Virus record (IMG/VR): IMGVR_UViG_3300031555_004297
Reading direction: 5' to 3' (one strand)
From: a virus
Lineage: Duplodnaviria; Caudoviricetes
Length of the DNA: 64,000 nt
Of the stretch, positions 7,095 to 15,752 are shown one piece after another. The position numbers were made by a program, and so were the translations under genes. Below the pieces are notes generated by a model. It was given only the letters and a program-made list of their open reading frames with translations, was not told where the DNA came from and ran no database searches. How positions within the stretch are numbered: the first letter of the stretch is position 1; each line of letters begins with the position of its first letter.

Positions 7095-8600
7095 ATGCCT
7101 AAACGAACTGGACATCTATATGAGAAGATGCTTTCAATTAGAGTAGCGAGTGAAGCCTTTGATGGTGCTATGAGAGATAAGAAATTCAAGCACCGACCTG
7201 GTAGCATAGCTTTTATGCTTTACCATAACCGAGACTATTATATTGCTGAGGTAGGTCGTATATTAGAGACAGAATCATTCAAACCAAAGAAGCCAAGAGA
7301 GAGTATTAGATTGGATGCTGGTAGTGGAAAAGAACGCCATATCCAAGCCCCTGCTTTATTCCCAGATCAGATAGTTCATTGGTGTGTAATGCTTGTTCTT
7401 CAAGACATATTTTTGAAAGGAATGGATACATGGTGTTGTGCGAGTGTAAAGGGACGAGGTACCCTTTACGCTAAAAATTTTATTGAACGAACTCTTGATA
7501 ATTCTCAAGGTATAACAGGGCGAGATGCTCCTGAGCGGAAATACAAATACTGTCTAAAAATGGATATTAGAAAATTCTTTGAGAATATTGATAGAGGGAT
7601 TCTAATAGATAAACTAGAATCTAAAATCAAAGATCCTAAAATGATTAAGATCTGCTCAGATATAATTTATTCTGTTCCAGGACAGGGTCTTCCATTAGGA
7701 TACTATACATCTCAATGGTTTGCTAATTTTTATTTGCAATCATTCGATCATTATTTAAGAGAAGTTCTTATGCCTAAGTATGGTGTGGACTTCTATATTA
7801 GATATATGGATGATATGCTTATTATGGGAAGTAATAAAAGGAAATTAGCCCAACTTAAAGGAGAGATATCTCAATATCTTCATGATAATCTTAAGCTAGA
7901 ATTAAAGAATACTACAAGAATATTCTCTATTGCAGAATGTCCGATAGATTATATTGGATTTAGATTTTCTTATGGTAAAACAGTATTAAGAAAGAATATA
8001 TTGCATAGAGCTAGAGGCGCAAATGAAAGACTTTATAATGGTAAATTCCATATTAAAGAATTAAGAAGCTCTATGGCATATAATGGATGGATTCAGAATA
8101 CAGACACCAAACAATATAGAGCTCAGCATATGCAAGGATCTGTATATCTAGAACGAAAGAAAATTAGTGAATTCTCTAAGATTGAGCGATTAGAAACCTT
8201 AGCTTCCGAAAGGTATAAGCGGACTATAAGAATTGAAGAAGATATAATAAATCTTCGTCAAGAAACAGAGCTTGGTGATGGAGTTGTACTTATACGCCAT
8301 TATCCAGATAGGCACGATCAAGTCCGAGTAGTAGCTCGAAGCCGATATAGGTTTCCAGATCAAAACGAATATGAGGAAGAACTTAGAAAAGCTGCTGAAG
8401 AAAAGGCTAATAAGAAGAAAAAGAAACATAAAAAGAAAAAGCATAAACCTGGAGAAGCTTATAGAGCTCCAGCAGAGAGATATTTTGCAGAAGAAGGCAT
8501 GGAAGAAATTTATGCTCGAGATTATAATCAAAATATAAAAGATTATGATATCTATAGAGACCGACAAAACACAAAGGACGATTGGTATAAAGCCAAATAA
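7095..8600 (+). CDS. DGR reverse transcriptase with long basic C-terminal extension
   Basis: Motifs LKMDIRKFF, GLPLGYYTSQWFANFYL (DGR-type SQ) and YIRYMDD; adjacent TR/VR pair. Confidence 0.95.
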   Translation: MPKRTGHLYEKMLSIRVASEAFDGAMRDKKFKHRPGSIAFMLYHNRDYYIAEVGRILETESFKPKKPRESIRLDAGSGKERHIQAPALFPDQIVHWCVMLVLQDIFLKGMDTWCCASVKGRGTLYAKNFIERTLDNSQGITGRDAPERKYKYCLKMDIRKFFENIDRGILIDKLESKIKDPKMIKICSDIIYSVPGQGLPLGYYTSQWFANFYLQSFDHYLREVLMPKYGVDFYIRYMDDMLIMGSNKRKLAQLKGEISQYLHDNLKLELKNTTRIFSIAECPIDYIGFRFSYGKTVLRKNILHRARGANERLYNGKFHIKELRSSMAYNGWIQNTDTKQYRAQHMQGSVYLERKKISEFSKIERLETLASERYKRTIRIEEDIINLRQETELGDGVVLIRHYPDRHDQVRVVARSRYRFPDQNEYEEELRKAAEEKANKKKKKHKKKKHKPGEAYRAPAERYFAEEGMEEIYARDYNQNIKDYDIYRDRQNTKDDWYKAK

Positions 8601-8607
8601 ATAAACT

Positions 8608-8643
8608 ATGACAAGAGGGTCACGCCTCTTGTCATTTTCTTTT
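8608..8643 (+). terminator. Intrinsic terminator after RT
   Basis: ATGACAAGAGG/CCTCTTGTCAT plus TTTCTTTT. Confidence 0.8.
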
Positions 8644-8644
8644 C

Positions 8645-8719
8645 GTAAAACTCTTATTTTTCTCTTATATATCATTCGCGTGAAGAAAAAGAATAATTTA
8701 ATTTTCGACACAAATTATT
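8645..8719 (+). repeat. ~75-bp degenerate direct repeat (copy 2 at 9158-9232) carrying an ATATATCAT promoter-like core
   Basis: Shared blocks TTTCTCTTATATATCATT, GCGTGA and TCGACACAAA in both copies. Confidence 0.8.
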
Positions 8720-8754
8720 CTACAATTCAAAAAAAAATAAAAGGAGTTAAAACT

Positions 8755-9087
8755 ATGAATACTGCAGTCGAAACTATTACTAATCCAAAGGATTTGCTTG
8801 AAAGAAAACCTATCTCCAAAGGAGACTTCGTTACACCTAGAGATGATAGCGATATCGTTAAGCTCTATGTAGTAAAATCTATTAATGATAATCTTGCGAC
8901 TCTCCTCTATCTTAATCTCACACATGAGATGGATGATATAGAGTTAAAAGAAATTGCTATGCCAGTAGATTATCTGATATTTGCAGATGATTCTTTTGCC
9001 TCCGTTGGAGGACTGCTATGGCAAGTTAGAGAAGCAGTCCTCTCGAACAGAAAATGCACATCATGTAATATCGATATACATATCTAA
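8755..9087 (+). CDS. Hypothetical protein (110 aa)
   Basis: RBS AAAGGAG before ATG 8755; followed by a 17-bp hairpin at about 9103-9143. Confidence 0.7.
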   Translation: MNTAVETITNPKDLLERKPISKGDFVTPRDDSDIVKLYVVKSINDNLATLLYLNLTHEMDDIELKEIAMPVDYLIFADDSFASVGGLLWQVREAVLSNRKCTSCNIDIHI

Positions 9088-9194
9088 TTCAGGGTTGTAA
9101 ATATATTGAAGAGAGAAGTTCTCCAGACTTCTCTCTTCAATATAACTCAATTAGACTGTAAAAGTCCTTTCTTTCTCTTATATATCATTGGCGT

Positions 9195-9690
9195 GATAAA
9201 AGAGAATGTTTTAATAATCGACACAAAATATTTTCCTATTACATATTCCTGCGTCATGATGAATTTTGAGGCGTGTATTCATCATCGTCGTTTACTGTAT
9301 ATAAACATACGCACATGTCTCCTTTCTTAATTTTGGTTGGGAAGCATCTTATACCTCCATATTGTGGAAATCACACACCTACAACCTGGTTATCCACAAT
9401 TCTGCCTCCTTTCTGACCTACCTCTTCTAAAACTTCTACATATTACTGATCATGAATAAAAGTATAATCAACAGCCCACAACTGTTGATTAGAAATATAG
9501 TTCAATCGAGTAATGGATAAGTTTATAGGTCTCAAAGATATAATATGTACTCATGTCTTGGCAGTTTTACGACAAGTTGTCTAGTATTATTTGGGAATGG
9601 TAGCTCAAATAATATTTAGATGAGGATAATGATTGCTTTTCAATAGCCAGGGTAGAGCTCGTGTACTCACTCTACCCTGGCTTCTTCTGT
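9195..9690 (+). ncRNA. Candidate ~490-nt structured RNA with several C-rich anti-SD tracts
   Basis: Lies after repeat copy 2; no credible ORF; five or more hairpins; tracts CTCCTTTC, ACCTCC, GCCTCCTTTC, ACCTCTTC; ends at stem AGCCAGGGTAGAG/CTCTACCCTGGCT. Confidence 0.45.
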
Positions 9691-9697
9691 ATAAAGA

Positions 9698-10279
9698 TTA
9701 TTTATTTTTTATCCTATTGATAAGATATTTAATAGAATCTACAATAAGAGATCTATATCTTGGTTTTTCTTCATTAAGCAATTTATATCTAACCCAGTCA
9801 TCAATTAAGATTCCAAGGATAACTATAGGAATCCATAGGAAGGCATAAGTAAGACAAATCTGACCAAGAAGATTGAATGGCATTCCACTATAATCCCATA
9901 CTCCCCATCCAAGCCACAAATTAACAATACAACCAGAGACGAATTCCAGGATTAATACAGCACACCATCCGATAAGCAGTTGATACTCAAAATACAAATC
10001 CCAACTAAAAATTTCATTAGCAAGCCCCATAATGACAAAGCAAAGGCCTCCCACTATAAACATGCTAAAATGCGAATGTCCACGCCATAGGATTTCTATA
10101 CTATAGTAAATAGAGCCTCCTAGGATGAATAAGAATAAATGCTTCAATACTTTTGCTAATACACTACCAGGTTTGCAATGTTTAGCATAGATACCAAGAA
10201 GCAAGTAGTACGATACAGCAGCAATTAAAATCATAACCGCAATCGGACTATATCTTGCTACAAAATCAATAAGTGACAT
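9698..10279 (-). CDS. Multi-pass membrane protein (CmpB/putative ABC-transporter type IV-like)
   Basis: GGSIYYSIEILWRG..LEFVSG....WDYS.MPFNLLGQICL pattern; several TM helices. Confidence 0.75.
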   Translation of the reverse strand: MSLIDFVARYSPIAVMILIAAVSYYLLLGIYAKHCKPGSVLAKVLKHLFLFILGGSIYYSIEILWRGHSHFSMFIVGGLCFVIMGLANEIFSWDLYFEYQLLIGWCAVLILEFVSGCIVNLWLGWGVWDYSGMPFNLLGQICLTYAFLWIPIVILGILIDDWVRYKLLNEEKPRYRSLIVDSIKYLINRIKNK

Positions 10280-10347
10280 AAGATATTCCTCCTTAAGAAA
10301 TAATATTTACTTAAATGTTGAAGAGAGTAGGAGATCGTCTCCTACTC

Positions 10348-10689
10348 TCATCTTCTTTTTGTTGCTGTTTTAAAATTGATAATATCTTCTACGCAGACAT
10401 GATTAAATTCTTCACGATCTTGATCCTTCCAAGCTTTAAATAATCTAGTACTACACCTTTCCATGCATTTACTAAATAATAGCCGTTGATCTGGACGCTT
10501 TTCTTTTGGTGTTTTGCTTACTTTTCTCATGCAATCAAAATAATCAATCTGAGTTGCACCCTTATATCTAGGACGCCCAAGGTCAACATTTGTCAGAAAC
10601 ATTTCCAGCGCTTCTTGTAAGTTTCCAACTCCCTGAGCTCTTGATATTTCGAATACATTCCAGATATGATATCTAATATCAAAGTTCAT
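10348..10689 (-). CDS. Hypothetical protein
   Basis: RBS; late promoter at 10717-10728; terminator at about 10325-10349. Confidence 0.7.
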   Translation of the reverse strand: MNFDIRYHIWNVFEISRAQGVGNLQEALEMFLTNVDLGRPRYKGATQIDYFDCMRKVSKTPKEKRPDQRLLFSKCMERCSTRLFKAWKDQDREEFNHVCVEDIINFKTATKRR

Positions 10690-10826
10690 TATAGAATTCT
10701 CCTCTTAGTGTGTGATTACTAAGATGTTTGAAGAACTTATGCTATATTGGATTTTTATGATATTAAAAACTATATTCTAAAAAAAAATATATCAGAGATG
10801 GATTTCTCCATCTCTGATCTTATTTT

Positions 10827-11519
10827 TTAAGCCTCTGCATTAGCAGCTTCTGCAGCTGCAACCTCAGCAGCAATCTCTTCCTCGGTCTTATAGACAATCT
10901 CGATAGCATCTACTTCGGCCTTGGACTGGCAAGCATAGATCTGAGCCTTATACTCATTCATCTTCTGGAACCAGGGATAAATGTATGCACTAATAGCAAG
11001 TGCAAGAGCAGTCAGATTCTCAAAGCTCCAAGGAGTGCAAGCTTCCTTAGAAGCATGCCACTCAAGAACAGGATTTTCTACACCAGCAGAAACCTGCATC
11101 TGATACTGAGTGAGGTTAAGAGAAATCTCGGACTGGTCCTCAAGAGTAACTCCGTAAACCTTACCATCTGTCCAGGTAAGAGGATGCTCTGAAAGGAACT
11201 TTGCAAATGCGGCCTTGTTCTCATCCTGCTTCTCAGAATGGGCCTTGGCAAGGATTACAGGGAGGTCTTCCTCTTTAAGGAACTCACCGCTGTAATCATT
11301 ATAAATATATCCTTCGGGCGGAATAGGCTTTACAAAGCGAGCATCGCCTGTAATCGGCTTTCCTTCCTCATCCTTAGTTACGTAGGTCCACTTCTCGAAT
11401 ACGTAATCGGGAGCGGGAACAAACAAACATGTTCTAGGATATTTACCAACAGTCTCTGCGACTGTCTTGAAGTTGGTCACCCATGCGACAACTCCATTAA
11501 CAATTTGTACGACTTTCAT
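10827..11519 (-). CDS. Probable tail-fibre assembly/chaperone protein (DUF4376-like C-terminus)
   Basis: Follows fibre genes; LEWH..KEAC..W...L.ALA..I....Y...I...S..EVDAI pattern. Confidence 0.55.
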   Translation of the reverse strand: MKVVQIVNGVVAWVTNFKTVAETVGKYPRTCLFVPAPDYVFEKWTYVTKDEEGKPITGDARFVKPIPPEGYIYNDYSGEFLKEEDLPVILAKAHSEKQDENKAAFAKFLSEHPLTWTDGKVYGVTLEDQSEISLNLTQYQMQVSAGVENPVLEWHASKEACTPWSFENLTALALAISAYIYPWFQKMNEYKAQIYACQSKAEVDAIEIVYKTEEEIAAEVAAAEAANAEA

Positions 11520-11534
11520 GCTAAGTTATCCTCC

Positions 11535-12632
11535 TTAATTCGTCGACTTTCTATCTGTTTTCATAAAGATATTTAAGGCAACAGAAGTAGGTTCTGTCGC
11601 ATAGACTTCGATATATCCATCGAAAGTAAGAATTTTCATAATACGACCATAGCTCTCAAGCTCATCGACAGCTGTGCCATACTCATCAGAGAGATCGATA
11701 TCCACAATCGGATAATCAGTCTCAAGAATGCCTTCAAGAGTAATAGTCTGCTTATATGGAGCATCCCCATCTGTATCAGACCAATCATTTGTATCGGCAG
11801 AAATTGTAGCATTTAAAATAAGAATGCCTTTTTCATTGTATGATTGAAGTGCCTGAATCGCTTGATCCTGAGACGTATTCTTATTATCAAGCGAATTCTT
11901 ATTAGCAGTTACTGTATCGGAGAGGGAAGAAATAGAATTAGCTAATTCTGTATTCTTATTTTCCAATTCAGTTTTATTTGTATCAACTGTACCAGCAAGA
12001 GTAGAAACTTCATCACTAACGGCATCAATACTTTCCTGAAGAGCAGTATCTGCATTTTTGCGTTGTGTAATTTCGCTGGTAATAGAAGTCTTATTAGCAT
12101 CTGCCGTAGATTTAGCAGCATTCGCAGTGTTCTTCGCAGTAGATGCAGCACTGGCAGCTTCATCGACTTCAGTTTCAAGAGCACCAATTTTAGTAGTATG
12201 CTCATTAACAGCTGTAGACATTGCCTCCAACTGCTGATTAATTGCTTCTACTCTCTCGTCGCTAGCAGATCCAGATTCAAGAGATTTAATTCTTTTCTCA
12301 TGATCATCTTTTGCCGTAGAGAGCTCAGAAGTCGTAGTCTTAAGACTATCAATTTCAGATAAAGCCTGGATTATTCCAGACTCAAGTGTAACAGTTGTAC
12401 CATCATCGAGTTCGATTTCTACAGCTCTGACTGAGTCTGCATCCATAGAAATTTGCTCTTTGATAGCATCTGTAATATTTATAAATGTCTTTTGTGCGGT
12501 TACTACATAGATTAAACCCTTATCATAATCGACAAGCAATTCTTTGGGCTGTGCCAAATCCCTAAACTCATAAGATAGAGGTCTCGAAGGGATTCGATTT
12601 TCAGCTGTAAACTGCTTATTAGAATCAGCCAT
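11535..12632 (-). CDS. Tail-fibre-associated coiled-coil protein with C-terminal beta domain
   Basis: Long heptad region; C-terminal domain similar to the two in 12754-14559. Confidence 0.65.
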   Translation of the reverse strand: MADSNKQFTAENRIPSRPLSYEFRDLAQPKELLVDYDKGLIYVVTAQKTFINITDAIKEQISMDADSVRAVEIELDDGTTVTLESGIIQALSEIDSLKTTTSELSTAKDDHEKRIKSLESGSASDERVEAINQQLEAMSTAVNEHTTKIGALETEVDEAASAASTAKNTANAAKSTADANKTSITSEITQRKNADTALQESIDAVSDEVSTLAGTVDTNKTELENKNTELANSISSLSDTVTANKNSLDNKNTSQDQAIQALQSYNEKGILILNATISADTNDWSDTDGDAPYKQTITLEGILETDYPIVDIDLSDEYGTAVDELESYGRIMKILTFDGYIEVYATEPTSVALNIFMKTDRKSTN

Positions 12633-12753
12633 AACCTATCCTCCTTTGCGAGAATATCGAGAATAATTTTAATTAAATGTTATGAAGTTATTTTTGTCCT
12701 ATTATTGGCACAAGATTTAAAAGGAGAGCTAGGAACTGACTCTCCTTTTATCA

Positions 12754-14559
12754 TTATCTGATGCACATCAACTTCATAGTTACTTCAGCAGTAGGAACTT
12801 CTGTAGCATAAAGCGTAATGCTATTATCTACTACATCGATCTTGTATACCTTATTAAATTCAATAAGTTGATCCTGTGCGGAGCTGTAGTCATCAGGAAG
12901 AATCAAATCAACGATAGGAGTATCGGATTCAAAGATTCCAGATACAGCAATAGTCTTGCTGTAAGGAGCCTCGGAGCCAGCCCAATCGGAAATAGGCATA
13001 GCAACCGTGAAATTCTCAATAGACTTGGGAGAAATAATGCAGACAAACTTAAGCTTCAGAGGAATAGAAGTATTGAGCACATCAGTTGTACTAATAGTAA
13101 CAGATCCATCATGTGTCTCAATACTATAAATCTTTCCAAATTCGCTAAGCTCTTCCTGAGCAGTACTATAGTCGTCAGAAAGAACAAGGTCTACCATCGG
13201 ATTATATTTCGAAAGCATTCCACTAATAGCAAGAGTATAAATACAAGGACTATCTGTGCCAGCCTGATATGCACTTGCAGGATTAAGCGTAGCTTCGAAA
13301 ACTTCCTTCGACTTCGAAGGAATAACAATAGTTTTGTCAGATGCCTCAATAACACGTCCCTTAGAATCTACTTCAAAACTAGGAACAGTAAACGTGTAGT
13401 CCTCTACATTTGTAGCAGGACCATAAGAGCCTTCAGCTCCAATGTCCTCAAGATCGGTATTAGGTTTAGGCGGAAGTGTAATCGTTCTATTAGTAACTCC
13501 AGTTACATGACCCTTTTCATCTACTACAACCTGAGGAATGGTAAAGTTTCCACCAAATCCAGGTGTAGCATCTGCAGCAGGACCGAATGTACCATTAGCG
13601 CCATCGGTAGGATGCTCGTACTGTGCAGGAAGTTTAATAGTTCTTGCATTTGCAGAAGTTACATGACCCATAGAGTCTATAGTAACCTGAGGTACTACAA
13701 ACTCTTCTCCATGATCAGGAGTAGCATTAGAAGCAGGACCTACAGACTTATTTGCTCCATTAGTCGGATGCTCATACTGTGCTGGCAGCTTAACCGTTTT
13801 TGTACTTGCAGCCGTAACATGGCCAAGAGCATTTACAGTAATAAAGGGCACACTAAACGTTTCGCCATGATCAGGGGTGGCATTATCAGCAGGACCGTAG
13901 TTGCCACTTGCAGGGCTAGATGGATGCGTATACTTCGTATCAGCATCACTAGGAAGGGTAATAGTTCTATTTACAACGCTAGTAACACGACCCTTTGCAT
14001 CGACAGTGATCTGAGGAACAACAAATCCCTCCTCATGATCAGGGCTGGCATTTGCAGAAGGACCATAACTTCCAGCTGTTACACCAGAAGGCTTAAGGGT
14101 GGCCGTAATAGACCAACCTCCTGTAGAAGAATCGCTACCTGTAACATCTCCCTCAAGTTTAATTTCCTGCATATCTTTAAAAGCAGTAGTAGTCTCAGAG
14201 TTACCAGAGATATTTACTTGCGCAGGGTGAGTATGGTCTTCACGAGATACAGCAGTAGAAGAACCCTTGGAAGCCGTATCGGTGGCGGCCTTAGGAGCGG
14301 TACTTCCAAGCTTTACCATACCTCTTACAGACTCCGATGCATTAGGCATCTTGATTGTCTTTTGAGTCGTTGGGTGAATAGTATCAATATTGACACCGTC
14401 CCCATCCTGAAGAGTAGTAATCTTATAATCGTTCAGAATTCTAGATGTTCCGTCTTCATCAATTATATACAATTTTCCATCGACTTCCGTAAGCTCTCTG
14501 GGATAGAAAACTTCACCAGCGACATAGACGGCAAGTCTTGCAGGATGTCTGCTAGACAT
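12754..14559 (-). CDS. Tail fibre protein with five ~52-aa repeats and duplicated C-terminal domain
   Basis: Repeats YGP..NATP.HGE.F.VPQ.T.D..GHVT....RTI.LP..Y.HP; late promoter 14590-14601. Confidence 0.75.
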   Translation of the reverse strand: MSSRHPARLAVYVAGEVFYPRELTEVDGKLYIIDEDGTSRILNDYKITTLQDGDGVNIDTIHPTTQKTIKMPNASESVRGMVKLGSTAPKAATDTASKGSSTAVSREDHTHPAQVNISGNSETTTAFKDMQEIKLEGDVTGSDSSTGGWSITATLKPSGVTAGSYGPSANASPDHEEGFVVPQITVDAKGRVTSVVNRTITLPSDADTKYTHPSSPASGNYGPADNATPDHGETFSVPFITVNALGHVTAASTKTVKLPAQYEHPTNGANKSVGPASNATPDHGEEFVVPQVTIDSMGHVTSANARTIKLPAQYEHPTDGANGTFGPAADATPGFGGNFTIPQVVVDEKGHVTGVTNRTITLPPKPNTDLEDIGAEGSYGPATNVEDYTFTVPSFEVDSKGRVIEASDKTIVIPSKSKEVFEATLNPASAYQAGTDSPCIYTLAISGMLSKYNPMVDLVLSDDYSTAQEELSEFGKIYSIETHDGSVTISTTDVLNTSIPLKLKFVCIISPKSIENFTVAMPISDWAGSEAPYSKTIAVSGIFESDTPIVDLILPDDYSSAQDQLIEFNKVYKIDVVDNSITLYATEVPTAEVTMKLMCIR

Positions 14560-14695
14560 ATATCATTTGACCTCCTTATAGAAAGTTTTTAATTATATGT
14601 TTTGAGTCTTCGATGAAAGCAGGGGTATTTACCGACTCCAGAAGCTTAAGGTCTTCAAACATATAATTAAAAATTCGAGGGAGGATTGATATCAT

Positions 14696-15733
14696 ATGAA
14701 CTTTTTTGTTCAGTTCTTATCGATGGCTTCCAAAGCCAACTTCTCCGCTTTAAGTGTCCAGAATACATCAATGGATTCAGTCGATGTGACAGAGCCTGTT
14801 AATAAATTCGCATACATGATTGAACACTATGGAGCATTAATTGTAATGCTTGCCGTTATTTTGTTTATCTTCGTAATTGTGATTATTGCTATGCTCAGAA
14901 GTCATTCTAAGCTTATGAATCAAGTAATTAAGGATCATGGCGGAAAAGAACACAGTCTTGAAGAGAATATTTTACTTAAGCTCGCAGATGCTCTAATCAA
15001 TCATCAGAAAACTACGAAATCTGAGACAGCTACATTAGATAAGCCTAAAGACGTAAATGAGATGACGGATGAAGAACTTCTTGAGAGTGTAAAGGAAATG
15101 CTTAGTAACGCATCAGCGAAACCTGCAGAACATTCTAGAAAGAGAGAGGAAATGCAGATTAATGATGAGAGTTACCATCATGACCTTTTGGGGGCGTTCA
15201 TAGATGTACATGCTGTACTCAAAGATGCATCTCGTGAAACACTTCGCGAGCTCAGATGTTCTAGAGTAGCTATCTATGTATTCCATAATGGAAACAAGTC
15301 AATGTTTGGCTTGCCCTTTTTTAAAATGTCTTGTGTCCATGAATGGGGATTGACTGGTGCTAATACTCCTCGTAGTAGAGCACACACAGATCTTCCTCTA
15401 CATTTATTTAATGACTTTATCGAAGATCTTTGGAGATATGGTTATTATAAGGCGCAAAATGTTGACATTGCAATTCAGAAAGATAATTCTATCAGAGAGT
15501 TTGTCGCATACTCTGATACAAAGGCATTATACTTTGCTGCTATTAAAGATAAAGATGGAATCATCTCCGGTTTTGTTGTAGCAGAGTTTGATGAATTTGA
15601 TACTTTCGAATCTGATGAAAATCGTGATAATTTTGTTAAAGGTGCACTGGATCGTATGGCTATCCAGGTCCAACCTATTATTGGATCTCCTTACGTCTAC
15701 CATCCTAACCATAGAGAACACGAACAGGGTTAA
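14696..15733 (+). CDS. Single-TM protein with GAF-like domain, possible holin-related
   Basis: TM helix at about residues 45-67; RVAIYVFHNG motif; late promoter AACA-TATAAT-TA at about 14658. Confidence 0.45.
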   Translation: MNFFVQFLSMASKANFSALSVQNTSMDSVDVTEPVNKFAYMIEHYGALIVMLAVILFIFVIVIIAMLRSHSKLMNQVIKDHGGKEHSLEENILLKLADALINHQKTTKSETATLDKPKDVNEMTDEELLESVKEMLSNASAKPAEHSRKREEMQINDESYHHDLLGAFIDVHAVLKDASRETLRELRCSRVAIYVFHNGNKSMFGLPFFKMSCVHEWGLTGANTPRSRAHTDLPLHLFNDFIEDLWRYGYYKAQNVDIAIQKDNSIREFVAYSDTKALYFAAIKDKDGIISGFVVAEFDEFDTFESDENRDNFVKGALDRMAIQVQPIIGSPYVYHPNHREHEQG

Positions 15734-15752
15734 TCCCTGTTCGTGATTCTTT

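Larger units (their letters stand above)
4686..8642 (+). mobile_element. Diversity-generating retroelement cassette (target-VR-hairpin-TR-spacer-RT)
   Basis: All core parts present except a recognisable avd. Confidence 0.93.

Noticed and set aside
7095-8600. RT as group II intron maturase or retron
   Set aside because: The SQ motif and adjacent adenine-specific TR/VR pair identify a DGR RT
12868-14592. 574-aa plus-strand ORF
   Set aside because: Antisense shadow of the tail fibre gene
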